Virus record (IMG/VR): IMGVR_UViG_3300032007_000037
Coordinates: 67,167 to 131,166 of that record
Direction: 5' to 3' (one strand)
Origin: a virus
Lineage: Duplodnaviria; Caudoviricetes
Length of the DNA: 64,000 nucleotides
Every line of letters begins with the position of its first letter. Positions within the stretch are counted from its first letter, which is position 1. The notes below the pieces were generated by a model. It was not told where the DNA came from, did not search any database, and was given only the letters and a program-made list of their open reading frames with translations. The position numbers and the translations under genes are program-made. This document shows positions 38,978-47,813 of the stretch, piece by piece.

Positions 38978-38999
38978 ATAGATTAATCTAGATTCAGAT

Positions 39000-41900
39000 A
39001 TGGCAAATGCAAGTTGTTCATTAACGTGTAATGTTAAAGATCCTAGGACTGGTAAAATAGAGGTTAGCTCTTTATGGGAAGACTTATCTAAATTCTTTAA
39101 GGGTGACAGAAGACAAGCTGTCACCCACTACTTCCTTACTAAGGATAATAACTTCCTTCGTGAGAATAGTGATATTCTAGAATTTAATGTTGATGGTGAG
39201 GTTACAATTTCTTCATTAAAAAAAGCTCTAGAAAGGGACGGAGAATATAGTAATCTTTCCAATGCACGAACTAGAGAGCATCTTAATAGAGAGCTTAAAG
39301 CAGGCAAGTATGATTACTCTGAAGCTCTCGACAATGTGCTAAGATTTAATAAAAGCAGTCAATTCAATGATAATTGGATGGCTACTTTAAAGAAGGAGAA
39401 CGATGGAAAATATTCAATAGAAGTAGTAGAAAGAACCCCTGACGCTGAATATACTTTGGCGGATCATGTTCAAAATAAAATTCTTACCGATGCTATTAGG
39501 CTTATATTAAAAGATAAGGGACTGTCGGTTGAATTCTTGGATAATCCAAGTTATGCGGTTCAATATAACACTCAAAATATACAACTGGATGCAGAAGGCT
39601 TAATGTCAGTTGCTCAAGTATTAAACGGAGTAAACACTGCTCCTGAAGTAGCTGAAGTAGCGGGTCACTTTATTGTAGCTAGTATGCAGGACAGTCCTTT
39701 AGTTCAGAGACTCATTAACCTATTAGACACGGATGTGCAAAGAGCACTGTTTAGAAATGAGAAGTCTGAATTAAATAGGGACGATTTTATAGTGGCTGAT
39801 ACTTCTGCTAAAGAAGCTGCTGGCATCTTGCTGGGTAGGGCTTTACTAGAACCTATTGAAAAGGCAAAAAAAGGTAATTGGTATTCACCTGCTAATTTAG
39901 GCCCTGTTATTCCTAGAGCTATTAAGTGGTTACTTACAAAAATTGTAAATCTTGCACAAAGAGTATTAGGGACTTATACTCCAGATGAAGTTGGCAAGCT
40001 AATAGCTAAAGCTAAAAGTGCTGCTTCTACGGCTGCTATGGGATTCATTAATAATCCTGAAGAGGCTGATGTAGAAGCTGCTTTAGCGGCCCCATCAACA
40101 TATAGAAGTGGAAGTTTGTCAAAAAGAATGGCTGATAATGTAAAGAGGAATATTGTAGCCTACTATGATACCTTAGGAGGATTGAAGGATGTTGTCTCCA
40201 GACTAAGAGAATCTATTGGAAGATCTGAAAGTCCCACCAACCAAGATATTATGAAGAAGCTAAAAACTCTTGTAAGGGGTGTTTCAGCAAATTACGAATC
40301 TCAAATGAAGTTTGAAACTCTCGCAAGAGCTGCTTCTATAGAAGGAATAGTTGTTACTTTGGAAGGCCTTACTCAGATTCTTGATACTGATGTTAGGACT
40401 TTATTGGAGCAGATACAGCCTTCTAATAAAGTTAGTGCATTTCCTCAATTGGTTTCCAATGCTAGAAATCTAAGGACTGTAAACACAGCTATAAAAAATA
40501 TTGCTCAAATATATGAAACTATTCAAGGCAGAATAGACTCTTTGAGTGCTGAGGAAGTTGTTACATATCGTGATGCTGATGACAATATGGTTATAGAAAC
40601 TCTCAGAGAAGCCGTTAAAAGATTGGGTGATGTGTTAGTAGGTAATAATGAGACCTTTATTGATAGACAAGGACAAGAGAGTACTGTAAATGGTTTACAA
40701 GGTTTGTTAGAGTCTAAGAGAAGGCAGATATTTATAGATGCACTTAGGGATTTTTACGGTCAAGACACCATTAATAAATTTGCAGGTGTTGTATGGCAGC
40801 AGAATGGTTGGATGCCAAAACTTGTTAAAACAGAAAGAAGGGAAAAAGAAGTAAGAGATTTTGCTGATTCTCTTGAAGAGGATATATCATGGTTTGATAG
40901 ATATCTAGAATCTGCCGCAGATTGTGGAGACTTTGTAACAGCAGTTGGTAATAAACAAGTTAAGCAGGCTAACATGAGTGCTGATAGATTGGCATTTATG
41001 TTCTGGGACCGATTAGAAACATCTAGGCTTCAAATGGAAGAATTGTTCGGTAATTCTGATTGGACTCCTCTGTTAGAAGTAGTAGAGGTAACAGATGACG
41101 ATGGGAAGATTCTTGGCAAAGTAAAGTCTGGTAATTTTGTATCACAACTTAATTATGGAGCGTGGGAGAATGCTAGAAAAGAATTTAAAGAGTCTCTAAA
41201 ACAAAGTTGGAATGAACATTTAGCCAATCTTAGAGAAGCTTATTATAAGAATAATAAAGGTGGGGCTTTTAACCTTACTGACCAACAAAGAGCTGTCTTA
41301 TATCATAATTTTGTAGATCCTCTTTGGAAAAAATGGCATGTAGAACATTCTGAAAAGGTGAAGACCACGTTTGGAGAGAAGTGGGTCCCAAACAGTTCTA
41401 AGTATAAAAGTAAACAATGGGAAGAACTATTTGGCGTTAAAAATCCTAGTCTTACTGAAGAGGAAATAAGTCTTAGACAAAAAAGATTAAAGTGGTATAA
41501 TTCTTTCATGGAGATAAAAAAGAATATGGACGAATTACTTCCTACAAATGCTACTGTACCTTGGAGGGCTCCCCAGATGACTGGCAGATTTTCTCACAGA
41601 TACAAGAATCTTAATGCTAAAATGAACAACAGTCGTGCTGCTTTTGGTAATGCCCTAAGAAGAAGTATGCAGGATTGGGCTGTTATTAGGCCTGATGAAG
41701 CGTGGATGTTCGGTTCTAACAATGAGTTTAATGAACTGAATGAGGATCCTTTAGAGGATGAGATGTATTTCCAGAGGGAAAAAATAAATAGACTTCCTGT
41801 TTTTGGCATCAATAAGCTAAAAAATATGGAAGATTTATCTACTGATATTTTTGGGACGATGATGCAGTATGGTTCTATGGCTGCTACTTATCATGCAATG

Positions 41901-43853
41901 TCCCAACTTGTAGATGTTTTCGAGTTAGGAAAAGATGTTCTTAAGCAAAGAAGATTAGATGAAAAAGGGAAAAAATCTGAAAAGAACTTAGATGAGGGTC
42001 AAACAAAGGCATATGCCCGCTATCTTAAGTTTCTTGAGAAACAAGTTTACGGTATCAATGTTACGCCTCCTAATTGGGATAGAAAGAATGTATGGCGTAA
42101 ATTTGCTAACAATTTATCTTCTCTTGGCGGCAGAATTCTATTGTGGGGAAATGTTCATGGAGGAATAGTTAATACCGGCACTGGTATGTTTGAAATAATG
42201 AAAGAAGCTGCTGCTGGTGAAAACTTTAATATGGCTGAAGTAGCCGAAGCCCATAAGATGTATTATAGTGGTCTACTCGATTCAGATGGGTATTTTGGAA
42301 CATTTACTAATATGTTTACTGATCCACAAAGGGCAGATGATAAGAATTCTCTATGGATTAGGCATTGGAATATCCTGTCTGAAAATAGGTCATTCCTATA
42401 CAATCAACGCTTTGATAATAAAGCCATGAGTTTATTGGATAATCGAATGTGGGAATGGTTTAACCACACTATGATGCTACCCTATTCTTCTGGAGACCAC
42501 TACATGCAGACAATACCTTATTATGCTATGGGTATTAGAACTAAAGTCTATGACCACGAAGGTAATAGAATGAGACTTATTGATGCATACGAGATTGTGG
42601 ATGGTGAAGAGGTATTTGCAGTAGAGAGGGAAGATGGGGAAAGAGGAAGAACATTAGGTCGGACACCTAAAAAGCTTAAACTGAAGGATGGCATATTTAA
42701 AACTCCTGCCGACATAGATAAATTTGATACTGTTCAAGGCTTGCTGGGTAGAATTAATAATTTCTATCAGAATAATCCTAATATTAAAGATAATGCTGCT
42801 ATAGCCCTAGATATGTTCAGCGACTCTGAGAAGGAATTCCTTCACGATGAAGAACTAGATGTGCCTATTAATGTTAAACAGCTATCGTCTTTAAAAAATG
42901 CCTTGGAACTTAAAGCCAGCAAGCTCCGATTTAATGAGGAAGATGAATCTGCATTTATGGATAAATGTAGAAATATCTGTAATAGGTTACATGGTATCTA
43001 TAATTCAGAGGATAAGGTTTGTCTTCAGCAGAATTTCTATGGTAATTTAGTAATGGCTATGAGGGGTTATGCCCTTGGTATGATTAATAGAAGGTTTGCT
43101 CCTAGTAGATTTAATGTTCCTCAAGGTAAGGTTGTAGAAGGTAGTTATCAGACTTTGTTTAAAGTGTTCATGTCATCATTATTTAATATGAGTAATGCTG
43201 ACAACTGGAAAGCTGTTGGAGAAGCAATGTTCTTGATGATGCCTATTGGCAATCTTATGTTAGGTTCTAGTAAATACGGAGAAAGGCTTAAAGCAGATAT
43301 GTTAAAGGCTGGATTCTCAGAACATCAGTATTATAATATGAGAAGAAATAGTGCTGACTTCTTAGTTCTTGAAGCTTTAGCTTTAATGAACTTATTAGCC
43401 TCTCCAGGTGCTCACTTTGGTCTGGGTGACAAAGATGAAGACAAGAATAATAAAGTAGACACATCAGACAATTTTTTGGCTGGTTTGATTTATTACTTTA
43501 CAATGAGATGGTTTAATGAGCAAGGTGCTTTCACATGGCCAACTGCAATATTTAATGAGGGTACCCAACTATTAGACTATGTTCCTGTTGGGGCAAGTGG
43601 ATTTTTTGCTTTAATGAACTTAGGAATCCTGATGGCAAGAACTGGCATAGACGGAATGAGTGGTGAAAGAGATTTTAAGAACTCAGATTTGTATTATCAG
43701 TCTTCTAAGAAAGGAAAGTACTCAAAGGGTGAGGCCAAATGGCATAAGAAATTTAAAAGTCTTGCCCCTTATTATAGAAGTTATTATGCATTAAGCCATC
43801 CTTACGATGCTGCTACAAGTTATGAATATGGCAGAAGAGTAAGAGGTAAATAA
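39000..43853 (+). CDS. large virion ejection/cargo protein
   Basis: 1617 aa directly after the RNAP. Helical, with a degenerate zincin-like AEVAGH, RLHGIYN and a hydrophobic C-terminal region. Confidence 0.7.
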   Translation: MANASCSLTCNVKDPRTGKIEVSSLWEDLSKFFKGDRRQAVTHYFLTKDNNFLRENSDILEFNVDGEVTISSLKKALERDGEYSNLSNARTREHLNRELKAGKYDYSEALDNVLRFNKSSQFNDNWMATLKKENDGKYSIEVVERTPDAEYTLADHVQNKILTDAIRLILKDKGLSVEFLDNPSYAVQYNTQNIQLDAEGLMSVAQVLNGVNTAPEVAEVAGHFIVASMQDSPLVQRLINLLDTDVQRALFRNEKSELNRDDFIVADTSAKEAAGILLGRALLEPIEKAKKGNWYSPANLGPVIPRAIKWLLTKIVNLAQRVLGTYTPDEVGKLIAKAKSAASTAAMGFINNPEEADVEAALAAPSTYRSGSLSKRMADNVKRNIVAYYDTLGGLKDVVSRLRESIGRSESPTNQDIMKKLKTLVRGVSANYESQMKFETLARAASIEGIVVTLEGLTQILDTDVRTLLEQIQPSNKVSAFPQLVSNARNLRTVNTAIKNIAQIYETIQGRIDSLSAEEVVTYRDADDNMVIETLREAVKRLGDVLVGNNETFIDRQGQESTVNGLQGLLESKRRQIFIDALRDFYGQDTINKFAGVVWQQNGWMPKLVKTERREKEVRDFADSLEEDISWFDRYLESAADCGDFVTAVGNKQVKQANMSADRLAFMFWDRLETSRLQMEELFGNSDWTPLLEVVEVTDDDGKILGKVKSGNFVSQLNYGAWENARKEFKESLKQSWNEHLANLREAYYKNNKGGAFNLTDQQRAVLYHNFVDPLWKKWHVEHSEKVKTTFGEKWVPNSSKYKSKQWEELFGVKNPSLTEEEISLRQKRLKWYNSFMEIKKNMDELLPTNATVPWRAPQMTGRFSHRYKNLNAKMNNSRAAFGNALRRSMQDWAVIRPDEAWMFGSNNEFNELNEDPLEDEMYFQREKINRLPVFGINKLKNMEDLSTDIFGTMMQYGSMAATYHAMSQLVDVFELGKDVLKQRRLDEKGKKSEKNLDEGQTKAYARYLKFLEKQVYGINVTPPNWDRKNVWRKFANNLSSLGGRILLWGNVHGGIVNTGTGMFEIMKEAAAGENFNMAEVAEAHKMYYSGLLDSDGYFGTFTNMFTDPQRADDKNSLWIRHWNILSENRSFLYNQRFDNKAMSLLDNRMWEWFNHTMMLPYSSGDHYMQTIPYYAMGIRTKVYDHEGNRMRLIDAYEIVDGEEVFAVEREDGERGRTLGRTPKKLKLKDGIFKTPADIDKFDTVQGLLGRINNFYQNNPNIKDNAAIALDMFSDSEKEFLHDEELDVPINVKQLSSLKNALELKASKLRFNEEDESAFMDKCRNICNRLHGIYNSEDKVCLQQNFYGNLVMAMRGYALGMINRRFAPSRFNVPQGKVVEGSYQTLFKVFMSSLFNMSNADNWKAVGEAMFLMMPIGNLMLGSSKYGERLKADMLKAGFSEHQYYNMRRNSADFLVLEALALMNLLASPGAHFGLGDKDEDKNNKVDTSDNFLAGLIYYFTMRWFNEQGAFTWPTAIFNEGTQLLDYVPVGASGFFALMNLGILMARTGIDGMSGERDFKNSDLYYQSSKKGKYSKGEAKWHKKFKSLAPYYRSYYALSHPYDAATSYEYGRRVRGK

Positions 43854-43894
43854 TGCATAAGTTGTATTTGTTGTATTACAAATTGTTGTTTGTT

Positions 43895-43926
43895 GAAAGG
43901 AGGGGTTTTCCCTCCTTTCTTTTTTT
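43895..43926 (+). terminator. intrinsic terminator at the convergence point
   Basis: Hairpin gaaaggaggg/ccctcctttc followed by a T-run. Confidence 0.8.
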
Positions 43927-43991
43927 AATCGTAGTGCAGACCTACTTTTACAAACAAGTCTATTGACATATATTGCTTATGAAAAAAATGT

Positions 43992-46376
43992 CTACTTCTT
44001 TGTTGACTGTTTTGCGATCTGTTTCTCTTTTACCTTAATATCATCTTTATGCATTCTTTCATCTGATTGAAGTTTAGCATTAAATTGTCTAGCTTGTTCA
44101 GCTATCTTCTCTCTTTCAATTACACTAGTTTCATCATTATCATGATTCATAATAGCCATACGTTGCTGTTCGGCAACAGAATTGATCTGAGCAATAAGTA
44201 TATCTGCTTCAAGTTTTTCTTGATGCATCTTATATTCCATCTCTGCTTTCTGCTGTTCCATAGCAGCCCTAGTCTGAATTTCTTGTTGCTTGAGTTGCAT
44301 CTGTTGTTGCATTTCTTGCTGCTGCTGAGCAATAATCTTCTTCTCGCAGTTTTCAACAATTCTTTGCTTCTCAGCCATAGATGTGGTAGTAAATATCTTC
44401 ATCATTGTAGAGAAGTCAATCTTATTATTCTGAAGACCTGCTTGAGCCAGACCTTCTAACTGTTGATTCAACTGTTGAGCACCATTACTATTGTCTACAA
44501 CAAGGCCGTAGTCACATTCAGCAAACTCATCACCATCAAATTCTACAAGAAGTTTACTGCCATCTGAAAGAATGTTATCAAATTTTATCTTTCTACCCTT
44601 AAAGGCAATCTTAGCAGTTTCAAGAAGGCATTCTAAAACTCTCTTCTTTACACTTTCATGAATGATAAACAACCACTCTGTGCTATGAGAAGATTGAAGA
44701 GTAGCCCTTTCTACACCACCAACTGTTTCTCTATTAGATATTTGTCCTTCTCTTTGCTTAGATATGCCTGCAAGTTCTCCTACTTTGTTTGAAATCCATT
44801 CAAGATAATTTATATACTGAGTAATCTCTTGACCAAGAGAAGCATCTACAACACCTGTAGAAGCATTGTTAAGACTTCCTACGGGCTTACCAGCCATTAT
44901 TCCTTCACCTTCTTTGGCACTGTCTTCTACAACAATTCCGTGTGTGTGAAGATAATATAACCATTCATCAGGTTCCCAACCCTTTGGAGTTTTTGCAAAA
45001 TCTAATTTAATGGCTTTACCTATATTCCTAGCAAGTGTCTTGTTTAATCTGTCATGAACCACATCATACAGATATGCATAAGGCTTCATAATATCAACAA
45101 GGCTAAAAGGAGTTTCGCCATTGCTTGAATAAATAGAACCTATCACGCCCAAATGACACTTAGAAGGATTACTAAGCCTATTGTATTGAATTGGTCTAGG
45201 CCCCATATCTACATAGATATCTTTACCTATCTTCGTACCTCCCCATGCTTGATTAATCCAATATACCTTCTCTTCCTCACCCTTATTAGGATCTATCTTA
45301 TAATCTTCATCATAGAAGTTAAAAACCTCTTCTCCTGTTTCAGGGTCATAACTCTTAACTTTCTTAATTTTTCTACGAGAAATCCAGTATACTCTAAGAA
45401 CTCTAACATTTCCATTCAAATCGTATGGAAGCAGGTTGTGTTCACTTTCATCTGAAAAAAGGGTTAAAGGATCTATCTCTTCATCACCTGCTACGAAGTC
45501 TTCTCTGGGTACAAAACCATAGCGAGGGTCACGGTTAGCCATTGAATCAGTCCAAGCACTATTATTAGAATCAGCACCATTTTCTATATCATTTATTTGT
45601 TGCTTAGTTAATTGGTCATAGTATGTAGTTACTATTTTTCCAGGATTCCAATATTGCTCAATGATTATCATATCAGCATCTTCTACTCTGGTAGATGTAC
45701 CTGATCTAATAATTCTAACTTCTCTTGGATTAAGTTTCTCTACATAAGGCTCCCCTCCTACTATATCAATATGATATAATTCTTCTCCCACACACTCAGC
45801 ATCTTCAAAGCCTTCATTGAATAAGATAGGCAAATCCAGTTCTTTTGAATAATGATTCAATACTAGATTAGCCCTTATCTCACGTTTGTCTTGATATTCA
45901 TATGTAAAATAATCAGATTGTTTTTGCAATTCTTTTTGGAAATCTTCTTCACTTTGGGAAGTATCCATGATTAATTCCTGCAACCTCTGATTAACTAATT
46001 CATTCTTTTCCTTCTCCATTTCACTAATGGCAGAAGGATTTGTTATAACAACTCTATAGTCAAACAGTCTCCTACTTTCCTCTCCTTTCAATACTTCCAA
46101 CTTACTATTAATAATTGGATAGTGCTGTATATTATCGGGAATATATGAAGCTTCTGTGTGGAATGGATTAACAACAAGAGCCAAATCATCCATATGAATT
46201 TTATCACGTAACAAATCATAATTAATCTGCATTGCTTTGACAGACTTCCTTGTAACGTGGTAATGCATAAAGCTATGTTTATCGGCAAAATCCACTACCT
46301 TTTTTCGCCAAGTTTTATTCTTAGCCCTAAATGACAATTGCTGAGATGGAAAACCACCTAAAATGTTATATGCCAT
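43992..46376 (-). CDS. portal protein (crAss-type)
   Basis: FPSQQL..K...W, IQHYPII..K..VL.GEE, GISKQREGQI..RETVGGVER and a Gln-rich C-terminal coil. Start re-called at MAYNIL. Confidence 0.88.
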   Translation of the reverse strand: MAYNILGGFPSQQLSFRAKNKTWRKKVVDFADKHSFMHYHVTRKSVKAMQINYDLLRDKIHMDDLALVVNPFHTEASYIPDNIQHYPIINSKLEVLKGEESRRLFDYRVVITNPSAISEMEKEKNELVNQRLQELIMDTSQSEEDFQKELQKQSDYFTYEYQDKREIRANLVLNHYSKELDLPILFNEGFEDAECVGEELYHIDIVGGEPYVEKLNPREVRIIRSGTSTRVEDADMIIIEQYWNPGKIVTTYYDQLTKQQINDIENGADSNNSAWTDSMANRDPRYGFVPREDFVAGDEEIDPLTLFSDESEHNLLPYDLNGNVRVLRVYWISRRKIKKVKSYDPETGEEVFNFYDEDYKIDPNKGEEEKVYWINQAWGGTKIGKDIYVDMGPRPIQYNRLSNPSKCHLGVIGSIYSSNGETPFSLVDIMKPYAYLYDVVHDRLNKTLARNIGKAIKLDFAKTPKGWEPDEWLYYLHTHGIVVEDSAKEGEGIMAGKPVGSLNNASTGVVDASLGQEITQYINYLEWISNKVGELAGISKQREGQISNRETVGGVERATLQSSHSTEWLFIIHESVKKRVLECLLETAKIAFKGRKIKFDNILSDGSKLLVEFDGDEFAECDYGLVVDNSNGAQQLNQQLEGLAQAGLQNNKIDFSTMMKIFTTTSMAEKQRIVENCEKKIIAQQQQEMQQQMQLKQQEIQTRAAMEQQKAEMEYKMHQEKLEADILIAQINSVAEQQRMAIMNHDNDETSVIEREKIAEQARQFNAKLQSDERMHKDDIKVKEKQIAKQSTKK

Positions 46377-46402
46377 AAAAACTTTCTTTGTATTTCTAAA
46401 TA

Positions 46403-46463
46403 CAAAAGTACAAATACTCACTTCAGCAACCTAAAACCTAATAAAAGATTTAATGAGTACTTA
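46403..46463 (-). promoter_or_regulatory. portal promoter
   Basis: On the minus strand: TAAGTACTCATTA (46463), ATTAGG (46442) and TACTTTTG (46410-46403). Confidence 0.65.
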
Positions 46464-46480
46464 CAGATAATACTAAAATA

Positions 46481-46508
46481 ACAAAAGGGGTCTTGTTAAA
46501 GGCCCCTT
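46481..46508 (-). terminator. intrinsic terminator of the two-gene cassette
   Basis: Minus-strand hairpin aaggggcctt/aagacccctt followed by ttgttatttt. Confidence 0.7.
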
Positions 46509-46514
46509 CTGATA

Positions 46515-47006
46515 TCAAGAATTCAAGTATTTCCAAATCTTCTCGTTCCCATATGGATTATCTGCATCATCCAAATAGTTCACAGCTTCTTCTACTAGTT
46601 TATCTAATAACTCTTCATTAGATGCTTGAGGGAACCATTTCTTTAACTTGTTGCAGTTATCTGATTTAACCATGTTCAGAGTAACCTCAAAATCATAGAA
46701 ATTGTAGTTTGGAATATTACCCTTTACTTTATCATATATCAATTTAACCTCAGGCTCAGTCCAGTAAGGTGCTTGGTGTTTAACACCAGTTGTATCTATA
46801 TAATAAAATTTAGCAATTACTTTATCAGCGAAATCCCTATTAAAGTGGCCACCATTAGTACCATAATAAACTTTTGTCTTAAGGACATCTTTTTGTTTTT
46901 CTGGTACAAACTCTTCGATGGCATCACTGAGGATTTTGGTAATACACCACATTTTATCTGAACCTTCTCCTCTGAGTCCTTCTTTAAGGATACTGTAGAC
47001 ATCCAT
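46515..47006 (-). CDS. hypothetical protein, second gene of the inserted cassette
   Basis: GHFN..FA, APYWT, YNFYDFEVTLNM.KSD, YLDDAD and KIWKY motifs. Confidence 0.75.
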   Translation of the reverse strand: MDVYSILKEGLRGEGSDKMWCITKILSDAIEEFVPEKQKDVLKTKVYYGTNGGHFNRDFADKVIAKFYYIDTTGVKHQAPYWTEPEVKLIYDKVKGNIPNYNFYDFEVTLNMVKSDNCNKLKKWFPQASNEELLDKLVEEAVNYLDDADNPYGNEKIWKYLNS

Positions 47007-47009
47007 ACA

Positions 47010-47669
47010 TTAGGCCCCTGTTGTGGGAGTTGTTTTAGAAGCATTTACAGCATTGAGAATTCTCTGTTCACTGAGCTGGCTCTGAAGGGAGTTGATGATA
47101 CCCTGCTGCTCTTGACTCCAGTGATTACTCAGTGTGTCAATGATTCTCTGAGTATTAGCTAAAGAAGCCTCCTTAATATCACAGGCGTTTCTCTCCAACT
47201 GATAGCCTATAGAGGTAAATCCATTGGTAACAGTATTTGTAAGGGCTTGACTCTGTTGCAGGATGGTATTGGTCTGCTGACAAGTACCCAACTGGTTCTG
47301 GTAGCCCTGAGACAGAATCTCTGTCTTGATGCCACACATACCACTCTGCATCTGAGAACTCATAGCGTTGATAGCTGCCTGTACATTATCAGTGCTTGTG
47401 TTCAGCACACCTGCCAACTGAGTAATTGCGGCTGTATTGCCTGCTATTGCCTGCATAGTCAGATCGTTGTTATGGTTGTCAGAAACCAAGTCACTGAGGT
47501 TTTGGATTTGTGCAGCATTTGCAGCACCGTTATTGCCCCAACCAAAACCGCCATTACCACCAAAGAACATCATCCACAATAGGTAGATAAAAGGATTGTT
47601 CCACTGACTGTTAGCACCACCGTTGTTTGCCATTGCAGCAAAATCTGCATAAGAAAGATTGTTTTCCAT
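47010..47669 (-). CDS. Asn/Gln/Gly-rich protein with one hydrophobic segment and a coiled coil
   Basis: WNNPFIYLLWMMFFGGNGGFGWG, GYQNQL.TCQQTN and NTQRIID motifs. Confidence 0.8.
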   Translation of the reverse strand: MENNLSYADFAAMANNGGANSQWNNPFIYLLWMMFFGGNGGFGWGNNGAANAAQIQNLSDLVSDNHNNDLTMQAIAGNTAAITQLAGVLNTSTDNVQAAINAMSSQMQSGMCGIKTEILSQGYQNQLGTCQQTNTILQQSQALTNTVTNGFTSIGYQLERNACDIKEASLANTQRIIDTLSNHWSQEQQGIINSLQSQLSEQRILNAVNASKTTPTTGA

Positions 47670-47760
47670 TTCTAAAATAAATTAATCGTTAATACTATTG
47701 TGTTTTGCAAAACACCACAAAGTACCTTAATTTATTTTAGCTTATGAAACAACGCTTATA

Positions 47761-47797
47761 AATAAAATAAACCTCTAACCCATAGAGAGTTAGAGGC
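47761..47797 (-). terminator. intrinsic terminator after the 2730-aa gene
   Basis: Minus-strand hairpin cctctaac/gttagagg followed by tttattttattt. Confidence 0.7.
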
Positions 47798-47813
47798 TTT
47801 ACTCATTACCAAT

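Noticed and set aside
2176-46376. Inteins in the helicase, polymerase, RNAP or portal
   Set aside because: No Cys-start/His-Asn-end blocks or embedded LAGLIDADG motifs were seen, and motif spacing is normal.
47616-47669. Double-glycine bacteriocin leader (NLSYADFAAMANNGG)
   Set aside because: Spacing is off consensus, the protein is generally Gly-rich, and no peptidase-containing transporter is present in the window.
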